DNA from: Promethearchaeota archaeon
GTDB taxonomy: Archaea > Asgardarchaeota > Lokiarchaeia > Sigyniarchaeales > SOKP01
Assembly: GCA_019058365.1 (NCBI GenBank)
Contig: JAHPZE010000016.1
Location: 1 to 64,000, forward strand
Length of the DNA: 64,000 nt
Direction: 5' to 3'
Shown here piece after piece: positions 1-8,599 of this stretch (its first letter is position 1; every line of letters begins with the position of its first letter). Both the position numbers and the translations under genes were made by a program. The notes under the pieces are model-generated. The model did not search any database. It saw nothing but the letters and a program-made list of their open reading frames with translations, and was not told the DNA's origin.

Positions 1-156
1 CAATAGAATAAATCATAGTTTATTAGGATTCATTCTTCAAAATCCTTTGGAACTGATTTCTTTTTATTATTTAACCCGTATTTAATCTGTTAGTAAATAT
101 TTAAATATGATTAGATACCAATATGAAAAATAAATATAATTTTGAGTTGATTAAGA

Positions 157-627
157 TTGGAAAATAATTTCAAATTTGATCTGGGGGTTCTAAAGGTTGA
201 TCAGTTAGGATTTGTATATAAAGATATAAAAAAGCAAGCTGAATTAATGACAAGTGTATTCAATCTCCCTAAGTTTATCTTTTCTGGACCAAAAAATCAT
301 TCATATATATATAAGGGTAAGGAATCTGAAGTTATACTTGATGTTGGAATTAGTCGAATGAGTAATACACAACTAGAACTTATTCAATTAATAGAAGGTG
401 AATGTCTTTATAGTGGCTTCTTAGATCAAGGAAAAGAAGGTCTTCAGCATATAGGTACATATGTCGAGAATGTTCAGAATTCAATAAATGATTTTGAAAA
501 ATTGGGTATAAAACCTATTCAAACTGGTAGGGTACTACGGCATATTTTCGCGTATATGGATACTATAGAAGTTTTTGGGATAATAATTGAACTTTTAGAA
601 TTGATGAAAAGGAAAAGAAAGCGTTAG
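157..627 (+). CDS. VOC/glyoxalase superfamily protein (methylmalonyl-CoA epimerase-like)
   Basis: QLGFVYKD, QLELIQ, GLQHIG and IIELLE motifs of the paired beta-alpha-beta-beta-beta VOC fold; TTG start. Confidence 0.75.
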   Translation: MENNFKFDLGVLKVDQLGFVYKDIKKQAELMTSVFNLPKFIFSGPKNHSYIYKGKESEVILDVGISRMSNTQLELIQLIEGECLYSGFLDQGKEGLQHIGTYVENVQNSINDFEKLGIKPIQTGRVLRHIFAYMDTIEVFGIIIELLELMKRKRKR

Positions 628-647
628 TTAGATAATGCAAAATAGAA

Positions 648-1190
648 TTATAAAAATCTTTGTTCTTCTTTGTGTTCTTTTACAGAGATTTCTCTGTCAC
701 TAAGGCGGTTGAGTTTAATTAAACTTTCTTTTATAATTTTAATTTCTGCTCTAGTAGTAATTTTGTACTCTTTTAAATTATCAAGGATTTCTTTCTCGCT
801 AAAGCCTTTATTATAAACTTCTGAGAATTTAGCTATAGTTTCTTCATGATAGAAAATGTATTGTTTATTTAAAAATACTATTAACGATTTTTTTTTCTCC
901 TGATTTTGAGATAACTCGAATAATTCATCTCGTATAATTTCGATACGCTTCTTAAACTTTCGTGCTATTATCTCATCTTCGATTTTATAAAATTTTTTCA
1001 TAAATTTGTGAATCTTATTTTTAAAAAACAATTTTGGAATATACGATAAAATAAACAATACTAAAGTGATACCGGACATCCAAATTGCTGCTATTCTACT
1101 GTAAATAACTATAATAATGATAATAAACACAAGAATTAGAAACCATTTTCTTCCAATGGTTTTTGCTATGACTATATACTTTTTTGGCAA
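648..1190 (-). CDS. Hypothetical membrane protein (two N-terminal TM helices)
   Basis: 180-aa ORF; hydrophobic N-terminal segments, charged C-terminal domain. Confidence 0.6.
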   Translation of the reverse strand: MPKKYIVIAKTIGRKWFLILVFIIIIIVIYSRIAAIWMSGITLVLFILSYIPKLFFKNKIHKFMKKFYKIEDEIIARKFKKRIEIIRDELFELSQNQEKKKSLIVFLNKQYIFYHEETIAKFSEVYNKGFSEKEILDNLKEYKITTRAEIKIIKESLIKLNRLSDREISVKEHKEEQRFL

Positions 1191-1266
1191 GGTTTAACTC
1201 TAAGAATACTTCAATATTATTTAAGGATATAATTAATAGTTTAAAAACTTAATTTTAGATGAAATC

Positions 1267-1272
1267 AAAAAA
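1267..1272 (-). terminator. Candidate oligo-U terminator after the 5S precursor stem
   Basis: U6 tract on the minus strand about 10 nt after the 3' arm of the stem; another U6 at 1294-1299 lies inside the stem region. Confidence 0.35.
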
Positions 1273-1282
1273 GTAGACTACG

Positions 1283-1466
1283 TATAACCACATAAAAAAG
1301 CGTGACCGGGTATTTTCCTTGTATACCATGACCGTAAGCTAACTTACAGTTTGTAGTTTCCCATAAATCGCAATTACAGTACTATCTACAACGTTAAACA
1401 AGTTTAACTTCCGGGTTCGGATGGTTCCAGCGCAGTAGCGAATTGCTACTAATTCATGTGGTTATA
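1283..1466 (-). other. Precursor processing stem with BHB/BHL-like splicing motif flanking the permuted 5S gene
   Basis: Perfect 11-bp inverted repeat tataaccacat (1283-1293) / atgtggttata (1456-1466); hairpin agtagc/gctact (1434-1450); GCG/CGC helix + UCA bulge + CUGG/CCGG 4-bp helix + AAC unpaired. Confidence 0.8.
1304..1424 (-). rRNA. rrf: 5S rRNA gene, circularly permuted (3' part 1424-1340 precedes 5' part 1339-1304 in the transcript)
   Basis: Minus strand reads CCAUCCGAACCCGGAAGUUAAACUUGUUUAACGUUGUAGAUAGUACUGUAAUUGCGAUUUAUGGGAAACUACAAACUGUAAG-UUA-GCUUACGGUCAUGGUAUACAAGGAAAAUACCCGGUC. 5S landmarks are present (CCGAAC, GAAGUUAA, AGUA/GGAAA loop E). Helices I (CUUACGG/CUGUAAG), II (ACAAG/CUUGU), III (CCGG/CCGG) and V (UUGUAG/CUACAA) all pair. 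Total length is 121 nt. Confidence 0.93.
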
Positions 1467-1483
1467 AACGCTAATCTTAACCA

Positions 1484-1491
1484 TTATATAA
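1484..1491 (-). promoter_or_regulatory. Candidate TATA box for the 5S precursor
   Basis: TTATATAA about 20 nt upstream of the 5' arm of the precursor stem; a second TATA-like TTATAAAA at 1501-1508. Confidence 0.45.
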
Positions 1492-1622
1492 GGTCGGTTA
1501 TTTTATAAGAAAATACCTACTTATATGGTTATAAGTAAATAGGAATAATAAAAGCTAATAATTAAACTTTTTCATAAAGAACGTTAAGTTTATAAGGATT
1601 AAACAAGGAGGTGCTGTTAATC

Positions 1623-2174
1623 ATGTTCTTTCAATTAATACTGCAAGGTGTACAATGGTATCAAATTTTAATAAATGCTTTTATTACAATTGTTGGGAGA
1701 TTGCTTGATGTACTAAGTACCAGATATGTTACAAGAGAATTAAAATTAGAAACAAATAAAATAGCAAGACGTATTGGTTGGAAAGGAATGATTTTAATGC
1801 AGATTCCGATTGTTGTGTTAGGTTCATTGGATTTTTATTTAAGTTTCTTCATATTCTGGTGGAGTCTTTTTCTATGTGCTAATAATATAGAAGGAAGTTG
1901 GTATATCAGGGAAGCTGGAGAAGTAGAATATCAAAAAGAAATTAAAGCGAGATTGGAAAAATCTAAAACATGGAAAGTTGCATTTAGTGAATTTTCTTCA
2001 GTGTTGAAATTTACCTTGGCAGGAATATTTATTATAATTTTTTTATTTGTTTTTAATGATCTTATAGCAGTATTTTTAATAGCTTTAGCATTAATTATCC
2101 ACGGTCTACTTGGTACTTTTAGTTCTATAAGATATCTATTAGATCTGAAGAGAGAAAAATCAAAGAAACAATGA
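1623..2174 (+). CDS. Hypothetical membrane protein (DUF5658-like)
   Basis: LLDVLST...ETN motif and several TM helices; the GTG at 1611 is part of the SD GGAGGTG, so ATG 1623 is the likelier start. Confidence 0.55.
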   Translation: MFFQLILQGVQWYQILINAFITIVGRLLDVLSTRYVTRELKLETNKIARRIGWKGMILMQIPIVVLGSLDFYLSFFIFWWSLFLCANNIEGSWYIREAGEVEYQKEIKARLEKSKTWKVAFSEFSSVLKFTLAGIFIIIFLFVFNDLIAVFLIALALIIHGLLGTFSSIRYLLDLKREKSKKQ

Positions 2175-2192
2175 GTGTTTTTTCCAGATTTT

Positions 2193-4316
2193 TTACATCC
2201 CTTTAACGATACGTGAATATTTTCTTAAACCTGTATAAAGAGTTAAAACAGAAACTCCCCCTACTGCAATAATTAAAACTAAAGAGAAAGGAGCTATATA
2301 ATTAATTATATTTTGAGGTATTGAAAAAATATAGCCGGAATTATAAAAGATATCTGTATTATTAGCATAATCTCTTAACACAATAAAGTAAGAATATTCA
2401 CCGGGAGTTAATCTCTCAGTTTTAACTGTTATTAGTTCTTTATTTTCCTCAATGGAGTTTGATAATCCATAGTATATATAATCCATAAAATTATTCTTAG
2501 ATAAAAAAATGTATGCAGATTCAATTCCTGATTTATTGTCATAAGCTTCGATATTGAAAGTAGTTATTTCCGAAGTTTTAGGATTTTTCGGGTTATATTC
2601 TATTCCAAACAACTGAGGTGATGTATTATCTGGAAGTGCTGTAAAATTAAAATATGAAGGAATTAAATTGTGCCCCGTAATTGTTACATTATAACTCTCA
2701 TTTTCTTCAGCAGGAATACGAAAACTCACTAAACCATTCTCATTGGCATATACGGTATGATACTTTCCACCAGAACCTTCAAGATGAACTCGTGCATAAG
2801 GGACAATTCTACTATTCTCATCTTTTATGGTGATCGAGACTAATTGACCTTCATAGATAGTTTCGGTAAATGGATTTAGTGCTAATTTGGGCTCATTGGT
2901 ATAAATATCCACTTCAGGATCTCCTAAAAGACAATAAGTGAGGAGTTGTTTACGCTGAAAATCAAAAAAAGTTGAACCACTTCCATACTTATAATAATCA
3001 CTATTCATATATGCTACTTTTGAATCATATAAAGCCTTACCTTGCTGAAAGTTTTTATTAAGGAAAAACTCTTTCCAAAATAATTTTGCATTTCCACGAT
3101 TTAACATTTCAAGATTATAATCATCTTCAAAATACCATGTGACTCTTAATCCTCCAATCGCACCAATCGCACCACCTTTATCCTTTTTTATTAAAGTTTC
3201 ACCGATGTTATCATCATTATTATCATAGCTAGAAGTTGAGCAAGCATCTAAATATACTAAGGAAGGCATGTAATCATTTGAGCTTGAACTAGCATAAGAG
3301 GAAGAATAAGCCCATGTAGATGGATTTCTATAGTAATATGATGGAAGTCCATGACCTGCCATTAATACTGTTGAATATCCATTATTAAAATAATTATAAA
3401 GAACCGCTCTAGAAAGATTTCCTGCTTCTTCTACCAAATGAGTATAATTTACTGTATCTCTAGCATAATTTTCGATAATATAACTTGTTAAAAGACTCTC
3501 ATATTCTCCATCTGGATCTAAACTGCTGGGATAATCAGATATCCCCCCTGCTAATAGCATTCTATTCATCCAATCACCTACTTCCGGATTAGACTCATAT
3601 TTCAAGGTTTTATTTACCATTATCTCAAGTTCATTAGCATTATCTGCAGGAAACCTACCAACATAAACTTCAGGATCCCATGCGATTTCATCTAAGCCAT
3701 AAGCATTATCGTATGGAGATTCTCCCCAATTTCCATCTCCATCACTATCCCAGGTGCCATTGAGGTCTGCATAATAAAAATCGGTAGGTTTATATTCTTT
3801 ATCTCCAACAGATTCAGTTCTTCCCTCTCCAAATCTAATTACATCGGGATTGTATACATATCGTATAGGAATTAAATCATTCTGAGCATCTCCTGCTAAG
3901 AGAACCCATTGAATGTTTTCAGTTTCATAATATGATTTTATCATATTTCGAATTTTTTCTGCATCGTCAACTCCTTCATATAAAGAGAAATTACTTAAAA
4001 TAATGGTTTTTACACCTTTCTCATTATTCCATTCCATCAAGGGTTTAACAGCATCGATAAAATCAGTCCTATTTGGAGTTATTATTAACATTTCAATTTT
4101 AGGGTTATACCAGAGATCATTTAATGAAGTATATTCAATATCTGGTAAAACAGACAAATTATCATTTAAATCTCCATTGGCAGTTTTAATCCTTTCTAAA
4201 GATATATGCTCTCCAGGAGTAGTAGAATTATAGTATAAATTGATACTAATGATAGGAGTGAAAGTAAATATTAAGATAGTCAAGTAGATAAATTTTTTAA
4301 AAGAAACCCTAACCAT
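2193..4316 (-). CDS. Peptidase C25 (gingipain family) cysteine peptidase, secreted and membrane-anchored
   Basis: WVLLAGD, TDFYYADL, VGRFP, catalytic GHG and DAC motifs, LLGDP; N-terminal signal/TM and C-terminal TM helix. Confidence 0.85.
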   Translation of the reverse strand: MVRVSFKKFIYLTILIFTFTPIISINLYYNSTTPGEHISLERIKTANGDLNDNLSVLPDIEYTSLNDLWYNPKIEMLIITPNRTDFIDAVKPLMEWNNEKGVKTIILSNFSLYEGVDDAEKIRNMIKSYYETENIQWVLLAGDAQNDLIPIRYVYNPDVIRFGEGRTESVGDKEYKPTDFYYADLNGTWDSDGDGNWGESPYDNAYGLDEIAWDPEVYVGRFPADNANELEIMVNKTLKYESNPEVGDWMNRMLLAGGISDYPSSLDPDGEYESLLTSYIIENYARDTVNYTHLVEEAGNLSRAVLYNYFNNGYSTVLMAGHGLPSYYYRNPSTWAYSSSYASSSSNDYMPSLVYLDACSTSSYDNNDDNIGETLIKKDKGGAIGAIGGLRVTWYFEDDYNLEMLNRGNAKLFWKEFFLNKNFQQGKALYDSKVAYMNSDYYKYGSGSTFFDFQRKQLLTYCLLGDPEVDIYTNEPKLALNPFTETIYEGQLVSITIKDENSRIVPYARVHLEGSGGKYHTVYANENGLVSFRIPAEENESYNVTITGHNLIPSYFNFTALPDNTSPQLFGIEYNPKNPKTSEITTFNIEAYDNKSGIESAYIFLSKNNFMDYIYYGLSNSIEENKELITVKTERLTPGEYSYFIVLRDYANNTDIFYNSGYIFSIPQNIINYIAPFSLVLIIAVGGVSVLTLYTGLRKYSRIVKGM

Positions 4317-4417
4317 ATACTATCAGTGATAATAAGTATTTTTCAATATATTTATATTGAATATAAGAATTTAAAAATAAGAATCTAATTATTATAATAG
4401 AAAATTATCGGATTTTT

Positions 4418-4636
4418 ATGCCACTTCGATTTAATTCTTGTCCACATTGCAATAGTAAAATTACGTTTAAAATTGAGATGGAGGATATTGATTCTAAACA
4501 ATACCCTGCTCCTGTATATATTATTTGTAGATCATGTAATAAATTATCTACTTTTTATATGGATAGCCTTTTGAGAGTTTCTTATAAGGAGCTTGAAAAA
4601 AAACCCGGTGGCATCAAAACAATTGAAACAACATAA
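4418..4636 (+). CDS. Small zinc-ribbon protein
   Basis: CPHC...CRSC in a 72-aa ORF filling an intergenic gap. Confidence 0.6.
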   Translation: MPLRFNSCPHCNSKITFKIEMEDIDSKQYPAPVYIICRSCNKLSTFYMDSLLRVSYKELEKKPGGIKTIETT

Positions 4637-4765
4637 TATACTAGATTTTAGCGTTAAGTTTTTTTAAATTATCAAATTTATTGATTAATTTAATAAAATG
4701 TCTTTTCTTAATTTTTCTTAGGAATAATATATTCAGCTGTCAAAACACCTTAAAATTTTACTATC

Positions 4766-6319
4766 ATGTCGTATGATTTAACTGATATTGGTGGCATTGG
4801 GAAAGCAACTGCAGAGAAAATGAAAGCTGCAGGAATAGATTCTATTGAAAAATTAGCTAGAATTAAACCAGATGATTTAACAAAATTAAAAATTAAAGGT
4901 GTTGGAAAAACAACAGCACAAAAATATATCGATAATGCTTTACAATTACTTGAAGAAATTAGTCCTCAAGAAGAACCTAAATCTGAAGGAAAAGCAATTT
5001 CAGAAGTTAAAACTAAACCTATTTCCAAACCCAAACCTAAAACTGAAGCTTCAAATATTAAAGAATTAATAAAACAGCAAGCTGAATGCAATATTGGGTT
5101 AGTTGGCCATGTAGACCACGGTAAGACAACACTAGTGAAAGCTCTTACAGGGGATTGGACAGATAGACATTCAGAAGAGCAAGAAAGAGGAATTTCTATA
5201 AAATTGGGATACTCAAATGCAACTATTTTATATTGTCCGGCTTGTGACGAGTTTTTAACATATTACTTAGCAGAAAAGGCAAGGGAAAATGGACAACCTC
5301 GTTTTTTGTGTCCAAAATGTAAAGAGCAGTTGGAATTTAGAAGAAATATTTCATTTGTCGATGCTCCTGGTCATGAAATCTTAATGGCAACAATGTTAAG
5401 TGGTGCTTCATTGATGGATGGTGCATGTTTATTAATCGCAGCAGATGAGGTATGTCCTCAACCACAAACAAGAGAACATTTAGAAGCATTACATATAGCT
5501 AGTATAGAAAATATTATCATACTACAAAATAAAATTGATGCGGTTTCACGAGAGCAAGCAATGGAGAATTATCAACAAATAAAAGAATTTATTAAAGGTA
5601 CTATTGCTGAAAATGCGCCAATTATACCAATTTCAGCTGTATTTGGAGCAAATATCGGTCTAATTTTAAGAGCATTTGAAGAAATTATTCCAACTCCTGA
5701 ATTTAGTGAAGGAGACTTCCAATTCTTAATCGCAAGATCTTTTGACATTAATCGACCAGGGAAAGAAATCATTGATCTAAAGGGTGGTGTAATAGGTGGC
5801 TCTGTTTTAAAAGGTAAAATTAATGTCGGTGAACAAATTGAAATTCGTCCTGGTTTACGAATAAAAGATAATTACACTCCTTTGAAATCCACTGTTGTAA
5901 GTATTAGTCAGGGAAGTAATCTATTGGATAATGCAAAACCAGGGGGGCTTATAGGTTTGGGAACTAAATTAGATCCTGCTTTAACTAAGGGTGATCACTT
6001 AATCGGTCATTTAGTTGGAAAACCTGGTACCTTACCGGATGTTCTCGATGAAGTAGAATTAAAAATAAATCTTTTAGATAGGGTGATTGGTTCTGAACAG
6101 ATGCTTAGAGTCCATTCAGTAAAACATAATGAAAAATTATTACTAGTAGTCGGAACAGAAAAAACGGGGGGAACAGTGACGAAAATACTGAAAAATAGCG
6201 TTATCTTAAAATTAAATCCTCCAATATGTCCTCCAGAAAATTTCATCTATGCTATCTCGAGAATTATAAATAGAAGATATCGATTAATTGGCTATGGAGA
6301 GGTAATAGATCGTAGTTAG
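4766..6319 (+). CDS. eif2g: Translation initiation factor 2 subunit gamma with N-terminal helix-hairpin-helix extension
   Basis: GHVDHGKT, RGISIKLGY, DAPGH, MLSGA, PQPQTREH, NKID, RSFDINRPG, RLIGYG; the first ~60 aa are HhH (IGGIGKATAEKM...GVGKTTA). Confidence 0.95.
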   Translation: MSYDLTDIGGIGKATAEKMKAAGIDSIEKLARIKPDDLTKLKIKGVGKTTAQKYIDNALQLLEEISPQEEPKSEGKAISEVKTKPISKPKPKTEASNIKELIKQQAECNIGLVGHVDHGKTTLVKALTGDWTDRHSEEQERGISIKLGYSNATILYCPACDEFLTYYLAEKARENGQPRFLCPKCKEQLEFRRNISFVDAPGHEILMATMLSGASLMDGACLLIAADEVCPQPQTREHLEALHIASIENIIILQNKIDAVSREQAMENYQQIKEFIKGTIAENAPIIPISAVFGANIGLILRAFEEIIPTPEFSEGDFQFLIARSFDINRPGKEIIDLKGGVIGGSVLKGKINVGEQIEIRPGLRIKDNYTPLKSTVVSISQGSNLLDNAKPGGLIGLGTKLDPALTKGDHLIGHLVGKPGTLPDVLDEVELKINLLDRVIGSEQMLRVHSVKHNEKLLLVVGTEKTGGTVTKILKNSVILKLNPPICPPENFIYAISRIINRRYRLIGYGEVIDRS

Positions 6320-6342
6320 GATTATTTGTTTAATCATATAAT

Positions 6343-6633
6343 TTAAGAAGAATATGACAAAAAAATTTCCCTTATTTTTCCTCTTATAAGTTTTAAGGAA
6401 GAATCTACTTGTGTGAAGATAGTTCCTAATGAATTTATAACTTCTTTATTACCTGTAGATTTTGATATGGTTTGTTTGGTTTCATATAATATTAAAGTAT
6501 CTGAGACTTTTGCAAGAAAATGAAGTACGATCTCTCTTTCTCTCTCTTTAATTTCGTAAAAAATCTCATTCATTATTCTTTTTTCTAAAAAAGCAATAAA
6601 ATCATCAATATTATCACAAAAGATAACAATCAA
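6343..6633 (-). CDS. Hypothetical protein
   Basis: 96-aa ORF overlapping the stop of the upstream gene by 4 nt (translational coupling). Confidence 0.55.
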   Translation of the reverse strand: MIVIFCDNIDDFIAFLEKRIMNEIFYEIKEREREIVLHFLAKVSDTLILYETKQTISKSTGNKEVINSLGTIFTQVDSSLKLIRGKIREIFLSYSS

Positions 6634-8327
6634 GGTAATTGTCGCAATTTCTTATTTTTTAAATAAAATATTACTCCAAAGATTAAAATTAATCCATTTG
6701 TACTGCCAAAGATTATTATCCAAAGAGGAAAATGAGGATATGACGTATAAATATAGTTATATTCATTATAAGTACTTGCTGTTGATTCTGTAAGAAAGAT
6801 TCCATTTTGATAGACTCTAATTGTATAATTTCCATAAGGAATAAGGTTTAATATAATTTGTCCATTTTCATTAGTTGTTCCAGGTGCTATCGGCTGAACC
6901 CACTCTGTAGAGATGTATGTTCCATATCTTTGACCATAATAATATACTTCTACATATGCTCCGACTAAAGGCATTTTTATATTATCTGTTATAACTAATC
7001 TCAAAGTCTGCGTTGATATATACTTAAGTATAAAGGGACAAGTTTCACCAACTACTAAATAGGGAACTTTAACTAATATTCCTACTTTCCCTGTTAGCGA
7101 AGTATTCAAGTAAAAATATGGCGAATTTCTATCAAACAAGGAAGAATTCTTAATGACTTGTTCAAAATAAATTGTAGGTTCATAAAATGATAAATTTTTA
7201 AGATATATGTGTTGAGGCCCTTGAATTAATGAAGGAAAATAAATTCTCTCCCGAATATTTCTTTCTTCTACAAGTCTATCTATTGCCCATGTCTCTCTCA
7301 GGGGTTTAATAAATTGGAAAGTAAATAATGCTGTAAAATTTAAAGAGAATGTACTCCGATCGGCAGAAAAATGTTCTACTAAAGAGATATCAATTGTTTT
7401 ATTTGAATTTAGATAGTCATTAATATTAATGCTTTCATTGTTAAGTTCTAAAATGTGATCACTTAATAAATATCTATCTGGTAACTCAACAGTTAAAGCG
7501 ACATCTATATTATCAGCAAAAATAATTGGATCTGAAATGGATAAATTATATTTTTTACCTGTTAAGACAAAATAGTAATGATATTCCACGGTAAAATTTT
7601 GAATTTGTTCTTGAATTACTAAATCATTACTTTGATTTTGATTTAATCGCCAATTATCAATCGATACCTCGTACTCCCATATAAGATACATTTTAAATTC
7701 TGAAGTTGGCCAATTTTTAAAAAAATCTTCGTAATTAAAAACGATGAAATCATCATTATCGATTGAATAATCTGTCTCATTATTAAGTTCAAAAACATTA
7801 GTCCCATTATCTACAAAAAACTGGAGTAATCGACAAGGAAATAAACGAGAATGATATATTAAATATCCTAAGGTCGGACTATTAAGTTCAACTATTAAAC
7901 TTTCATTTAGATTCACTTTTATAATATTATTATCTTCAATATTTTCATTCAAGTTATCTACTATCGCAGGTTCTGAAGTATTTAAAAATTGCATTTCAAA
8001 TTGTGTTATACTCAACGCACCTGATTTGTAATCTTCCCAAATAAGAGGATAACTTGTATTATAAATTGAGAACCCCTCTAATTCATTAAAATTAATATCA
8101 TTTATTGTAATATTTCCAAGTGCTTGTTTTTCTTCGTTAAGTATAGCTTTATAATCTTCCTTAGAGAATTTACTTATTTCAAGTTCGGGATTATATATCT
8201 GGGACGTGGATTTTAAACTATTACTTCTTAAAACTAACGGAATTAATACATTTGAGAAGATTAAAAAGACTAACAAGATCTTAATACTTGTAATAACATA
8301 TTTCCGTTTTTTATTTGACATCTTCAA
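6630..8327 (-). CDS. Large extracellular membrane-anchored protein with C-terminal carboxypeptidase-regulatory-like (transthyretin-like) domain
   Basis: N-terminal TM, many NxS/T sequons, PLVGAYVEV...TTNENG...GNYTIRV motif, C-terminal TM plus basic tail. Confidence 0.6.
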   Translation of the reverse strand: MKMSNKKRKYVITSIKILLVFLIFSNVLIPLVLRSNSLKSTSQIYNPELEISKFSKEDYKAILNEEKQALGNITINDINFNELEGFSIYNTSYPLIWEDYKSGALSITQFEMQFLNTSEPAIVDNLNENIEDNNIIKVNLNESLIVELNSPTLGYLIYHSRLFPCRLLQFFVDNGTNVFELNNETDYSIDNDDFIVFNYEDFFKNWPTSEFKMYLIWEYEVSIDNWRLNQNQSNDLVIQEQIQNFTVEYHYYFVLTGKKYNLSISDPIIFADNIDVALTVELPDRYLLSDHILELNNESININDYLNSNKTIDISLVEHFSADRSTFSLNFTALFTFQFIKPLRETWAIDRLVEERNIRERIYFPSLIQGPQHIYLKNLSFYEPTIYFEQVIKNSSLFDRNSPYFYLNTSLTGKVGILVKVPYLVVGETCPFILKYISTQTLRLVITDNIKMPLVGAYVEVYYYGQRYGTYISTEWVQPIAPGTTNENGQIILNLIPYGNYTIRVYQNGIFLTESTASTYNEYNYIYTSYPHFPLWIIIFGSTNGLILIFGVIFYLKNKKLRQLP

Positions 8328-8599
8328 AGTTTTAATAGTAAAGTATTTAGAACAGAAAATTAAAATAAATTAAATAATTTTTCTATAGGTTTTATCTTTT
8401 CACTCATTTTCTTCATACGACTTAAATAAAATCGGAATATTTATAATTATAGAATTTATTTTGGATTTATTAGATTTCAAAATAAGATGAGAATAGTAAA
8501 ATAAACCATTTTTAAAATTTACCTTAGTTAAAGATAACTCTGAAGGATTAATTTTTATTTGAAAGATCGATTATGTACATTCTACCTATTTAAAAAATA

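Noticed and set aside
1340-1424. Truncated or pseudogenised 5S rRNA
   Set aside because: The apparently missing 5' third is immediately adjacent (1304-1339), all helices pair, and the flanks form a processing motif.
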